Shown here piece by piece: positions 30,595 to 40,405 of a stretch of DNA of 64,000 nucleotides. The first letter of the stretch is position 1; every line of letters starts with the position of its first letter. The DNA lies in sequence record NC_071039.1; one strand, given 5' to 3'. Below the pieces are notes generated by a model. The model was not told the DNA's origin. It ran no database searches and saw only the letters and a list, made by a program, of their open reading frames with translations. A program made the position numbers and the translations under genes.

Positions 30595-33006
30595 ATGTAC
30601 ATCGATATTTTCGAAGATAAGAAAAATGAAATACTTCTAGTTGCAGAACGATCTGCAGGCAAACGAATATACAAACAATACCCTATAGATCATACATATT
30701 ACATATTAGATGCAAACGGACCGTATAAAGATATATTCGGTAATAATGCTAAAGCCATTAAGCCATCTAGCATAAATGAAAAAATGACTCAAATGAAAAT
30801 GCTAGATTTTTCGCAAACGTGCGAAATAGACGTCAGGCCAGAATTTAGATGCTTGGAAGTAAACTATAAGAATGCACCTATGCCAAATTTGCATGTTGCA
30901 TTCTTCGATATCGAGACCGCGTTTGATCAAAAACGCGGTTATGCCGACCCGGCTGATCCTTTTAATCCCATTATATCAATATCTGTATATTTGCAATGGA
31001 TGCAGCAAATGGTTTGCTTAGCATTAGCACCGGAGACTATATTACCAGAAGATGCACAACGCATAGCATCAGAAGTAGGCGAAACAATTATATGTAAAAA
31101 TGAAAAAGAAATGCTAAGTATGTTTATTGACTTAGTAGAAGATGCAGATATTTTATCAGGTTGGAACTCAGAACGTTTCGATATTCCTTATACTTTTAAC
31201 AGAATTGTAAAATTATTAGGTAAGAATGAACTAAGAAAATTATGCCTTTGGAATCTTATGCCCAAGAAGCGCAATATTGAACAAGAAGGCGGCAGTAGTT
31301 TTGTTACATTCGAAACGTTTGGTAGAATACATTTAGATTATCTTCAATTATATAAAAAATATAATTACGAAGAACGTCATAGTTACTCGTTAGATTCTAT
31401 TTCGGAAATCGAACTAGGTGAACGAAAAGTTCCATACAACGGAACATTAGACAAACTTTATAAATATGATTTTAAAAAGTTTTTAGAATATAACATTCAG
31501 GATACTCGACTCCTAGATAAGTTAGATAGAAAATTAAAATATATAGATCTAGCTTCCACCATTGCACATAGTAATTGCATTCCTATCCCTACTGTTATGG
31601 GTGCAGTAGCTACAACCGAACAAGCAATTATAATCGAAGCACATAATAACGGCATGGTAGTGCCATCTAGGCAACGTTTTAAAAATAATGATACACTTAA
31701 AGCTGCGGGCGGTTGGGTAGCATATCCTAAAGTAGGACTGCATAGAGATATTGGCTCCAGTGACTTAAATTCTCTGTATCCTTCTGTGTTAAGGGCACTA
31801 AACATGAGCCCAGAAACTATTGTAGGACAAGTTCGGTTAACACTTACTAACCCTGCAATCGAAGAATGGTGTGCAAAAGGCGGAACAAAACATACATTTG
31901 CTGCATGGTGGAACGATAGGTTTACCACTTTAGAAATGGAATATGTGTTAAACAAAGACAGGGGTACTATATTAACGTTAGATATGGCAGACGGGCGTTC
32001 GTTTGAACTGTCAGGTGCCGAAATATACGAATTAGTATTCAACAGTGGTCAGAATTGGCATATCAGTGCTAACGGAACTATATTTACACAAGACAGAGCA
32101 GGTGTAATTCCGTTACTACTTACAAGATGGTATGCAGAACGTAAAGGGATGCAGAAAATTGCATCAGATTATAATTCTTTAGATAAAGAACACCATAGCG
32201 ACAAAACTGTATTTTTAGAAGATAAATCAGTATTAGATGGAATATGCGTAGGCGAAGTTGAATTAGCAGACCATTATAATATTAATGATGTATATGTTGC
32301 AGCTACATTAAAAAATCTTGTCGAATCAAAAAATTGGCAAGAAGTAGCAATATATATGAAAAAGTATGGACTAGAAGTGTCGTCTGACAATTCAATTGTT
32401 ATGTCAGATTCCCATATGCAAAACGAATATTACGAATATTGGGATAAAGCCCAGTTAGTTCGTAAAATTGGATTAAACAGCTTATATGGCGGACTACTTA
32501 ACGAACATTCTAGATTCTACGATAAAAGACTAGGACAGAGTACTACACTTACTGGGCGCTGTATCACTAGACATATGGCTTCTAAAACAAACGAAATGTT
32601 TACTGGCATTTACGATCATGAAGGCGATTGTGTAATTTATGGCGATACAGATAGTGTAGATGGATCAACTATCCTAAATACTTCTCTAGGTAAAATAACT
32701 ATAGAAGAATTGTTTAATGTGTCTGACAAGCATGTAGTTCATGCAGAAAAAGAATTTGCTTCGAATGAAGATGTTATGGTAATGTCGTGGGACAATTCTG
32801 CAAAACAACCATATATGGGGCATATAAACTATGTGTACCGCCACGAAGTAGAAAAAGAGCTATTCGAAATAGAAGACAACAGCGGAAATAAAGTTATAGT
32901 AACCGAAGATCATTCTATTATGGTTATACGTAACGCAGAACTTCTAGAGGTTAAACCCACAGATTTAACAGATAGTGATATAATATTATCTATTGTATAT
33001 GAATAA
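30595..33006 (+). CDS. family B DNA polymerase, N-terminal half, fused to split-intein N part
   Basis: Exo I FFDIET, Exo II SGWNSERFDIPY, Exo III YNIQD, motif A DLNSLYPS, motif B KIGLNSLYG, motif C YGDTD, then the sequence turns into an intein N-half and stops. ATG 30595 (TAGGA SD) preferred over GTG 30559. Confidence 0.95.
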   Translation: MYIDIFEDKKNEILLVAERSAGKRIYKQYPIDHTYYILDANGPYKDIFGNNAKAIKPSSINEKMTQMKMLDFSQTCEIDVRPEFRCLEVNYKNAPMPNLHVAFFDIETAFDQKRGYADPADPFNPIISISVYLQWMQQMVCLALAPETILPEDAQRIASEVGETIICKNEKEMLSMFIDLVEDADILSGWNSERFDIPYTFNRIVKLLGKNELRKLCLWNLMPKKRNIEQEGGSSFVTFETFGRIHLDYLQLYKKYNYEERHSYSLDSISEIELGERKVPYNGTLDKLYKYDFKKFLEYNIQDTRLLDKLDRKLKYIDLASTIAHSNCIPIPTVMGAVATTEQAIIIEAHNNGMVVPSRQRFKNNDTLKAAGGWVAYPKVGLHRDIGSSDLNSLYPSVLRALNMSPETIVGQVRLTLTNPAIEEWCAKGGTKHTFAAWWNDRFTTLEMEYVLNKDRGTILTLDMADGRSFELSGAEIYELVFNSGQNWHISANGTIFTQDRAGVIPLLLTRWYAERKGMQKIASDYNSLDKEHHSDKTVFLEDKSVLDGICVGEVELADHYNINDVYVAATLKNLVESKNWQEVAIYMKKYGLEVSSDNSIVMSDSHMQNEYYEYWDKAQLVRKIGLNSLYGGLLNEHSRFYDKRLGQSTTLTGRCITRHMASKTNEMFTGIYDHEGDCVIYGDTDSVDGSTILNTSLGKITIEELFNVSDKHVVHAEKEFASNEDVMVMSWDNSAKQPYMGHINYVYRHEVEKELFEIEDNSGNKVIVTEDHSIMVIRNAELLEVKPTDLTDSDIILSIVYE
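32653..33003 (+). mobile_element. split intein N-fragment (117 aa)
   Basis: Starts SVDGSTIL directly after YGDTD (block A), KITIEELF, and block B VIVTEDHSIMV, followed by the stop codon. Confidence 0.9.
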
Positions 33007-34681
33007 AGAATATTATCAGTCATACGCAAAAGAATTAAAAAAGAATAATAAGAAAGAATACAATCGTATTCTTTCTTTGTATGAGCCTGTATTCGATAAA
33101 TGGGTTGCATTTAAGTATTATATAAAAGGAATATCGCCGCCTGTATGTAAAGAATGTGGTAATAGAATAACTGTTTCGGCAAAACAAGCAGAATATCACA
33201 CAGAATGCAAATATAATAAACACAAGTATTCATTTGATAAATTTATAAAATGCATAGATGATGACCAATACATATATTGTGTGTGGAATGGATATATTTC
33301 AACATCTGACAATATAACATACAGATGCACTAAACACGGCATAATTGTTCAAAAACTTAGTTCTAGACTAAAAGGTCACAAATGCCAAAAATGTTCAGCT
33401 GAGCGTAAAGTAAGTCTAGATAACTTTAATAACTGGAAAACGCAGTGTTCTAAAATACATAATAATTTTTATGATTATTCTGTATCTACTGATTTTACAT
33501 TCTTAACAAAAGATGTATCTATTAAATGTCCAATACATGGAATATTTAAACAAAAAGCAAACGTCCATCAATCAGGTCACGGTTGTAAACAATGCTCGTT
33601 CGAAGCCATCGGTCATAGATTATCATATGACACAGATTCTTTTATAGAAAGAAGTAACAATGTTCATAATAATTTTTATGACTATACCAAAACTATATAC
33701 ACTAACATTAGAGATAAAGTTATTATAACATGTCCGATACACGGCGACTTTAATCAGATAGCATATTATCATACTGCCGGACACGGTTGTCAGAAATGCG
33801 ATTTAGATAAAGTAGCAGAAACTACCTATAGATCTAAGGCAGAAATAGAAATATTTGATTTAGTTAAATCTTATTGCTCAGATACAATTCATTCATACAA
33901 TAAATTCGGGTTCGAATTAGACATATATGTTCCTAGTAAAAATCTTGCAATAGAATATAATGGACTTTATTGGCATTCTTCTAAACATATAGAAACTGAT
34001 CAAAAGTATAAAACATACCATCTTGATAAAACCACTACATGTGAACATAATAATATCCAATTATTACACATTTTCGACAACGAATGGCATACTAAAAAAG
34101 ATATATGGATCTCGGTAATAAAAAATAAACTAGGTTTATCTAATAAAATATATGCAAGAAAAACAGAAATTAAAGAAGTTAATTTCGATGATGCAAAACA
34201 ATTCGCCGAAACGAATCATTTGCAGGGTCATGCACAATTTCGGCATGCATACGGACTGTATTATTTAGATCAATTAGTTTCTTTATTAACAATTGCAAAG
34301 CCCAGGTTTAATAAAAATGCAAACTGGGAAATAGTAAGATTTTGTAACCTAAATAACATAAGTGTAATAGGTGGGTTTTCTAAATTATTAAAGGTAGTTT
34401 CTTGTAATTTTACAGGCAAGATAGTATCATATGCAAATAGGCGCTGGTCCGCAGGAAACGTTTATGAAAAAAACGGATTTGCCAAAACTTCAATAATAGC
34501 TCCTGGATTTTATTATACTGACTTCAAAGATACATATAATAGATTATCTTTCTCTAAAGACAAGGCAAAAGTTAAATTAAAAAATTATAATAATTCAGTT
34601 AGCGTAGTAGAAAATATTTACGCAAACGGATATGGCAGGATTTGGGATTCAGGAAATATTGTTTATACAAAGGATTTATAA
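32999..34681 (+). CDS. free-standing homing-type endonuclease (Zn-finger repeats + Vsr/EDxHD-like nuclease + GNAT-like tail)
   Basis: CxxHG...GHxCxxC repeats, SKAEIEI...ELDIYVP...AIEYNGLYWH, then IYARK...HLQG...WEIVRFC...GGFSKLL...SYANRRWSAGNVY. ATG 32999 overlaps the end of polB-N (track start TTG 32993). Confidence 0.85.
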   Translation: MNKEYYQSYAKELKKNNKKEYNRILSLYEPVFDKWVAFKYYIKGISPPVCKECGNRITVSAKQAEYHTECKYNKHKYSFDKFIKCIDDDQYIYCVWNGYISTSDNITYRCTKHGIIVQKLSSRLKGHKCQKCSAERKVSLDNFNNWKTQCSKIHNNFYDYSVSTDFTFLTKDVSIKCPIHGIFKQKANVHQSGHGCKQCSFEAIGHRLSYDTDSFIERSNNVHNNFYDYTKTIYTNIRDKVIITCPIHGDFNQIAYYHTAGHGCQKCDLDKVAETTYRSKAEIEIFDLVKSYCSDTIHSYNKFGFELDIYVPSKNLAIEYNGLYWHSSKHIETDQKYKTYHLDKTTTCEHNNIQLLHIFDNEWHTKKDIWISVIKNKLGLSNKIYARKTEIKEVNFDDAKQFAETNHLQGHAQFRHAYGLYYLDQLVSLLTIAKPRFNKNANWEIVRFCNLNNISVIGGFSKLLKVVSCNFTGKIVSYANRRWSAGNVYEKNGFAKTSIIAPGFYYTDFKDTYNRLSFSKDKAKVKLKNYNNSVSVVENIYANGYGRIWDSGNIVYTKDL

Positions 34682-34936
34682 ATGCATAATCTAACAAAAC
34701 ACCTTTTAGGTGTATTTTCTGCAAAAACAGAAGACGAAGAATATAACAGTGCAAAAAGAGCGTTAGAAGAATTAAACAAAAATATAAAAGAAAGAGATCC
34801 TAATAAATTTAATGTGTCTTTAGGAAAGGTATCTAAAGTAACTAATTTAGGAAAAAAGAAACAATATGTATACGATATAGGGATGAAAAATCCCGATAAT
34901 CCGTATTTCTTTGGAAATAATATATTAGTTCACAAT
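34682..34936 (+). mobile_element. split intein C-fragment (85 aa)
   Basis: KVSKVTNLG...YVYDIGM (block F) and FFGNNILVHN (block G), followed by S-CYF, which restores polymerase motif C (YGDTD|SCYF). Confidence 0.9.
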
Positions 34937-35821
34937 TCTTGCTATTTTACTGCATGGCCTGCAGTAAAAGACCTTGTAGAATCTGGTGAAATGGAATGGG
35001 ATAAAGATACTGTCATTAAATTATACGACAACGTTTCGTCACAAGTAAGTGATACATTTCCAGAATTTTTAAAACAAACATTTAACGTTCCATATAAAAA
35101 CTCAGAAGGTGTTATTAAGTCAGGTAGGGAAATTGTAGCTACTTCTGGTCTTTTTATTAAAAAGAAACGTTATGCTGCTATGATGTATGATAAAGAAGGT
35201 ACTAGATACGACGACGAAAACAGCCCAGGAAAAGTAAAAGCAATGGGTTTAGACTTACGTCGGTCAGATACGCCTAAATTTGTCCAAACATTCCTTATGG
35301 AAATTCTAGTTATGGTGCTAACACATAAAACAGAAGATGAAGTAATAGAATATATTAGAGAATTTAAAAAAGAATTTAATAAAATGAAACCGTGGGAAAA
35401 GGGAATGCCAAAAGGCGTCAACGGTATCAGTACATATGAAGATAAATTAGAAGAACACATGAATAAAAAGTTAGCAGGAAGAGAGTCTAGAATCACTGTC
35501 CCCGGTCACGTGTCTGCTGCGATGAATTGGAATAAACTAAAGCTTATCAATAAAGACCTACATACTCCTAAAATCTCAGATGGTCAAAAATGTGTTGTTT
35601 GTTATTTAAAAGAAACAGCAGACAATCATTTCACTAGTATAGCATATCCTGTAGATGAATTGCACTTACCAGAATGGTTTACGTCTTTGCCATTTGATGA
35701 AGATTTAATGAGAGAAAAAGTAGTAGATAACAAAGTTAAGAACCTTTTAGGTATTCTAAAATGGGATTTTAGTAAAACAGAAGAAGCTGCTGCACACTTC
35801 GATTCGCTGTTTGGTTGGTAA
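34682..35821 (+). CDS. split-intein C part fused to family B DNA polymerase, C-terminal half
   Basis: After HN: SCYF, KKKRYA, KAMGLDLRRSDTP, ITVPGHVSA. Own SD AAGGA at 34670-34674. Confidence 0.95.
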   Translation: MHNLTKHLLGVFSAKTEDEEYNSAKRALEELNKNIKERDPNKFNVSLGKVSKVTNLGKKKQYVYDIGMKNPDNPYFFGNNILVHNSCYFTAWPAVKDLVESGEMEWDKDTVIKLYDNVSSQVSDTFPEFLKQTFNVPYKNSEGVIKSGREIVATSGLFIKKKRYAAMMYDKEGTRYDDENSPGKVKAMGLDLRRSDTPKFVQTFLMEILVMVLTHKTEDEVIEYIREFKKEFNKMKPWEKGMPKGVNGISTYEDKLEEHMNKKLAGRESRITVPGHVSAAMNWNKLKLINKDLHTPKISDGQKCVVCYLKETADNHFTSIAYPVDELHLPEWFTSLPFDEDLMREKVVDNKVKNLLGILKWDFSKTEEAAAHFDSLFGW

Positions 35822-35843
35822 TCAAAAACTATACTTTGTACAC

Positions 35844-35872
35844 TTGCATTATGAAAATATTTAATGTATAAT
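35844..35872 (+). promoter_or_regulatory. sigma70-type promoter
   Basis: TTGCAT-N17-TATAAT. Confidence 0.7.
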
Positions 35873-35901
35873 TCACACACATCTTAGGAGAATAATAAGT
35901 A

Positions 35902-36648
35902 ATGATTGTAGACAATTTAAAGGACGTAGTTCGTAACACTCACGGTTTGGGTTTTATAGATACTGTTAAAATTATCGGTTCTGTAAATGAAACTAAATTA
36001 GAAGCTATGTCAACTAATAAAACTGTAGTTATGTACGGTTCTTTAAAAAAATCCATTCCGGGGTTAGACGATACTGTAGGTTTAAGTAGAATGTCTGTAC
36101 TGAGCGGTATGTTAAATTTCCCACCATATTCGGGAGATGATGCCGAAGTTTCTATTAAGAAACAAGAACGTAACGGTGAAGAAATTCCTGCAGAAATTGT
36201 ATTTTCTTCTTCGACGGGTCATAAATCGTCGTACCGGTTTATGGCACGAGATACAGTAGACGAAGTGCTAAAAGTTCCGCCGTTTAGAGGAGTTGTGTGG
36301 GATATAGTTATTCAACCTACTAAGCAAGCGATGAAAGATCTTCAATATTTTAGTGCTGTATTGGGTTCTTATGAATCTAACTTTTTAGTTAAAGTAACAG
36401 ACGGTGTTTTAGAATTCCACATAGGTACCGGTGCTACTAGCGACCGTACTGTTGTACCATTTGCAAAAGATGTCAAGAGCACATTACGCAATAACTGGTC
36501 CTGGCCATTACCGGAAGTGTTAGCAATTCTAAAAAACGCAGATAGTGGCAAATGTACTATGTCTATTTCTAGTCAGGGTGCATTGATGATCGAACTCGAC
36601 ACTGGGCTAATAGAAGTTCAATATATTCTTCCTGCAAAAAGTGCATAA
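35902..36648 (+). CDS. probable sliding clamp (gp45-like)
   Basis: 248 aa, clamp-sized, two-domain alpha/beta pattern, C-terminal YILPA, directly after polB; the clamp loader is also in the window. Confidence 0.6.
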   Translation: MIVDNLKDVVRNTHGLGFIDTVKIIGSVNETKLEAMSTNKTVVMYGSLKKSIPGLDDTVGLSRMSVLSGMLNFPPYSGDDAEVSIKKQERNGEEIPAEIVFSSSTGHKSSYRFMARDTVDEVLKVPPFRGVVWDIVIQPTKQAMKDLQYFSAVLGSYESNFLVKVTDGVLEFHIGTGATSDRTVVPFAKDVKSTLRNNWSWPLPEVLAILKNADSGKCTMSISSQGALMIELDTGLIEVQYILPAKSA

Positions 36649-36651
36649 ATA

Positions 36652-36912
36652 ATGATCTTACCTGCTCGTAAATTAGTTAAATTGCAATACTATATTGTAC
36701 AGGAATCTTACAATTCTATAGGTAGACCAATAACTACAGTTACTCTTGTATACAGAAAATATATATTTTTTACAAAGAAAGAAAAAATTATATTCGAGCG
36801 TATTAAGAAAACAGACAATTTGTATTATAAACAAGAATCCGAAAAAGAGTTGTGTGAACAACTAAGTGTATGGGCAAAAAGAACATTAAAAATATATGAT
36901 ATAGGGCAATAA
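36652..36912 (+). CDS. hypothetical protein
   Basis: 86 aa ORF followed by the hairpin ATAGGGCAAT-A-ATTGCCCTAT (36901-36921). Confidence 0.55.
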   Translation: MILPARKLVKLQYYIVQESYNSIGRPITTVTLVYRKYIFFTKKEKIIFERIKKTDNLYYKQESEKELCEQLSVWAKRTLKIYDIGQ

Positions 36913-36984
36913 TTGCCCTATATTTTTCATTTATAAATGAATTAACCTAAATACATATGCACTAAAGAATAATTAAGGAATATA

Positions 36985-38607
36985 ATGAAAAATTTATCAA
37001 ACAGTCAAAAAGATTATGCGATCTATTTGCCTGCAATTAGTGGGTTTTACACAAAACAATTAGACAGTTCTATTAACGATCCGTCTACAAGAAAAATACC
37101 TAGCTTTCCTAATGGATATAATACTCTTAATTTTTTAGATCCATCTAGCGATACTTTCTTTTACGGGTATGGGTTATATTCTGCAGGCCATGCAGAACTG
37201 TCTTTATCTAGAACTGATGCAAAAGAATGGATGATCCAAGCCAGGGACAAAACACAAACAACAGTTATTGCAGATTCAGGTGGTTTCCAGGTAGCTACTG
37301 GTGTAATTAAATTAAACTGGGATGATTTTAAAGGAGCTAGCGGAGATAAAATAAGAAATGAAATTTTAAAATGGTGTGAACATACCGCCGACTGGTCAAT
37401 GACACTAGATGTTCCTGCGTTTGCTGCTACTCCTCCGTACAGTTCAAAAACCGGTCTTAATAAATTCGAAGATACATTAGATTATTCTCTTCATAATTTA
37501 CATTATTACATGAAGAACAGAACTCCTGGCGCAACTAAATTCCTTAGTGTATTATCAGGATCAGATGTAGATACATCTAAAATTTGGTACGACAACGTAA
37601 AAGCATTTAGTGACCCTGCTAAAGTAGTAGAAATGGGATATCCAGCTAGTCATACACTCGAAGGGTATGCATTTGCTGGTATAAACATGAGAAATATGTA
37701 TTGTGCTCTTTCTCGATTCTTAGATCTAATAGATGATAATATTATTTCAGATAAAAACTGGATACACTTTCTTGGACTAGGAAGGACTGATTGGGCTTGT
37801 TTCTTAACATCTATTCAGCGAAATATAAGAAAACATTATAATCCCAATATTAACATAAGTTTTGACGCAGCTTCTCCGTTTGTTTCTGTGGCATACGGTC
37901 TTGCATATAACTATAATTATTTTAATCCCAAACGGTGGGGATATAATATGGATTCTGCCCCAGACAGTAGAGAGTTTAGTGATAAAGATATTCCTATGCC
38001 GTTTATGAGTCCTATTATGGAAAAATTATCATTAAAAGACATATGTCCATATCACAATGGTTATGGTATAATAAATGGTGTTAAAAATGCAAACTTTACA
38101 AAAGAAGATGTAGAAACTGCTCTTAAAGAAGGAAAAGATGCAGAATACGTGCCGCCGAGCGCAAATAAAAATGGTAAAGTAGGTAAAACCAGTTGGGATT
38201 CACTTAGTTACTTATTAATAATGAATCATAATGTTTACAATCATATAGCTGCAATCCAAGAATCTAATAGATTAGTCGATATAGAACGGTTGCGAGTTAA
38301 AGTAGATTACCGAGATTGGACTAGAGATAAAAAGAAAGGTACTATAGAAGTAAGTAATCACGTCCCTAGTTCGATTTTATATTTTGACCATTTCGTAGAA
38401 GTATTGCTAGATCCGAGTACTCCTAATAAGCGACAATTACTAGAAGATTATAGACCTATGCTAGACAGCATTAGTTTCGGTAATTATAACTCAAACTCAT
38501 TTAATAGTCTTTTTGATGTAGATGCTACTGCAATTGAAGATGAAAATAAGTTTGCAGACATAAACGACGAAAAACTAACTGAATTAGAACAAGGATTAGA
38601 CAATTAA
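36985..38607 (+). CDS. tRNA-guanine transglycosylase-fold protein, probable DNA 7-deazaguanine transglycosylase (DpdA-like)
   Basis: IADSGGFQ, MTLDVP, HFLGLG and SFDAASP motifs of the TGT fold; 540 aa; clustered with QueE-like and QueD-like genes. Confidence 0.82.
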   Translation: MKNLSNSQKDYAIYLPAISGFYTKQLDSSINDPSTRKIPSFPNGYNTLNFLDPSSDTFFYGYGLYSAGHAELSLSRTDAKEWMIQARDKTQTTVIADSGGFQVATGVIKLNWDDFKGASGDKIRNEILKWCEHTADWSMTLDVPAFAATPPYSSKTGLNKFEDTLDYSLHNLHYYMKNRTPGATKFLSVLSGSDVDTSKIWYDNVKAFSDPAKVVEMGYPASHTLEGYAFAGINMRNMYCALSRFLDLIDDNIISDKNWIHFLGLGRTDWACFLTSIQRNIRKHYNPNINISFDAASPFVSVAYGLAYNYNYFNPKRWGYNMDSAPDSREFSDKDIPMPFMSPIMEKLSLKDICPYHNGYGIINGVKNANFTKEDVETALKEGKDAEYVPPSANKNGKVGKTSWDSLSYLLIMNHNVYNHIAAIQESNRLVDIERLRVKVDYRDWTRDKKKGTIEVSNHVPSSILYFDHFVEVLLDPSTPNKRQLLEDYRPMLDSISFGNYNSNSFNSLFDVDATAIEDENKFADINDEKLTELEQGLDN

Positions 38608-39668
38608 TGAAAGTTATAATAATCCCCATCGAATCAATAGAAACTCGGTATACGTCAGAATGGAATATGTTTCTTAAACCGCAACTAGAAAAGTATATAG
38701 ACGAATCCGGTCTCGATGCAGAAATAGTTCAAATTGATGTAAACTATGTTGACGAAGGCACCTCTGCGGGCGCCTTCCTTAACTTTGCAAATACAAACAT
38801 ATTCAAAAGCAATCAATTCATTAAATTAGCAAGTATAATAGAAACTTTAAACGATAACGATGTTGTTCTTTATACAGACGCATGGAATCCCACAGTAGTT
38901 CAACTAAATTACATGCGATCGTTAATGAATAAAAAATTTAAAATAATGGGGTTGTGGCACGCCGGTTCGTATGATCCGCATGATTTTTTAGGAAGGCACT
39001 TTGATAAAAATTGGTCATATGAATTTGAAAGATCATTATATAATATATATGATGTAAATTTCTATGCAACTAATTTTAGTAAAGATCTCATGATAGATAA
39101 CCTTTTTGGTAAAACAGCTAACGTAAACAGACACGATATAGTAGGTTGGCCAATGGAATATTTAGTTGACCAACTTACACCTTCTACTAACAAGACAGAT
39201 ACTATATTATTTCCTCATCGAATTTCTCCGGAAAAACAACCAAATATATTTAAAAAATTAAGATCATTACTTCCTAACTACGAGTTTGTTTTTGCACAAG
39301 AAACTAAATTGTCAAAGGCAGAATATCATACACTTCTTAAACGTTCTAAAATTGTCTTTTCGGCTTCGTTGCAGGAAACATTGGGTATAGGTTTCTACGA
39401 AGGTGCATTAGTCGGTGCAATTCCGTTATTGCCTGACCGATTGTCTTATAAAGAAATGACAGAAAATGTAAAAAACAGAAATTTGTATGTATATCCAAAT
39501 GAATGGACTATTTCGGAAAATCTAGCAGACCTAAAAAATTTAGTTACCCTAATAGATTATACTATGCGTAATTATAATTTTATAGTAGAAGAAATGAAAC
39601 TTAATTTACTGCCCGAATTAAACAAATATTATAACGGAACAGAGTTGTATAAAAGAATTTTAAAATAA
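38607..39668 (+). CDS. GT-B glycosyltransferase (GT4-like)
   Basis: FPHRISPEKQP...FSASLQETLGIGFYEGALVGAIPLLP...SYKE (EX7E-type motif); TAATG overlap with the dpdA-like gene. Confidence 0.8.
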   Translation: MKVIIIPIESIETRYTSEWNMFLKPQLEKYIDESGLDAEIVQIDVNYVDEGTSAGAFLNFANTNIFKSNQFIKLASIIETLNDNDVVLYTDAWNPTVVQLNYMRSLMNKKFKIMGLWHAGSYDPHDFLGRHFDKNWSYEFERSLYNIYDVNFYATNFSKDLMIDNLFGKTANVNRHDIVGWPMEYLVDQLTPSTNKTDTILFPHRISPEKQPNIFKKLRSLLPNYEFVFAQETKLSKAEYHTLLKRSKIVFSASLQETLGIGFYEGALVGAIPLLPDRLSYKEMTENVKNRNLYVYPNEWTISENLADLKNLVTLIDYTMRNYNFIVEEMKLNLLPELNKYYNGTELYKRILK

Positions 39669-39752
39669 TTTCCATTTAATATTCTGCATACAATTTACAT
39701 TTTAATACGAAAACATTATAATATTACAAAATTAAAAATAAGGATTATTTTT

Positions 39753-40130
39753 ATGGGAATTAAACGATGGATCGAAGTTCCTTTTCAAAAAGAAGGAATT
39801 CACATGTACCCTGGTGCAGATAACAACCCTGCACTAGCTACAAATGATTGGAAAGATGTATCTTTTTTAGGATATCCTCATTTTCATTATTTTTATTTTA
39901 CTGTTAAAATTGAAGTTTTTCATAATGAACGAGATATCGAATTTATTCAATTTAGACGGTTCTTAGAAAGACTGTATAGTGAATCTCTGCTAAAACTAGA
40001 TGGTAAATCTTGTGAAACTATGGCAGAAGAATTATATGAACAAATTAACATTGTATATCCTAACAGGGACGTTGTGATTACAGTGGCAGAAGACAATATT
40101 AATAAAGCTGTTTTAGAATTTTTCAAATAA
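39753..40130 (+). CDS. QueD/PTPS-like T-fold protein
   Basis: EGIH, PHFHYF (HxH), DIEF and SCETMAEELY resemble 6-pyruvoyl-tetrahydropterin synthase family signatures; 125 aa. Confidence 0.6.
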   Translation: MGIKRWIEVPFQKEGIHMYPGADNNPALATNDWKDVSFLGYPHFHYFYFTVKIEVFHNERDIEFIQFRRFLERLYSESLLKLDGKSCETMAEELYEQINIVYPNRDVVITVAEDNINKAVLEFFK

Positions 40131-40144
40131 GCAAGGATGCTATT

Positions 40145-40405
40145 ATGTATAATAAACAACTGTCAGGAATATATACTACTACAACGATAAACTCTATGCC
40201 AGCTAGCTACTCCGGTTTAACGGATCTAGGCATGTATGATACAGAACTTTCGGTATTGAGGAAAAAGATAGAACAGATAGAAAAAATGTTGTGTATGTTA
40301 GAAGTAGATAAATTACTTTCAGAAAAATATCCTGCATTAAAATCTGCATATGACGAATACGAAGTCATATTATCTATCATAAACGGTACGGAGAAAAAAG
40401 AGTAA
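40145..40405 (+). CDS. hypothetical protein
   Basis: 86 aa; C-terminal KYPALKSAYDEY. Confidence 0.6.
   Translation: MYNKQLSGIYTTTTINSMPASYSGLTDLGMYDTELSVLRKKIEQIEKMLCMLEVDKLLSEKYPALKSAYDEYEVILSIINGTEKKE

Noticed and set aside
32140-32460. Extra insertion in polB between ERK and motif B
   Set aside because: T4/RB69-type polymerases have a long fingers region here; no intein or nuclease motifs.
32990-34700. Self-splicing intron rejoining the polB halves at RNA level
   Set aside because: The three ORFs abut or overlap with no non-coding room for an intron core, and intein halves with an independent SD explain the layout. Not formally excluded without RT-PCR.
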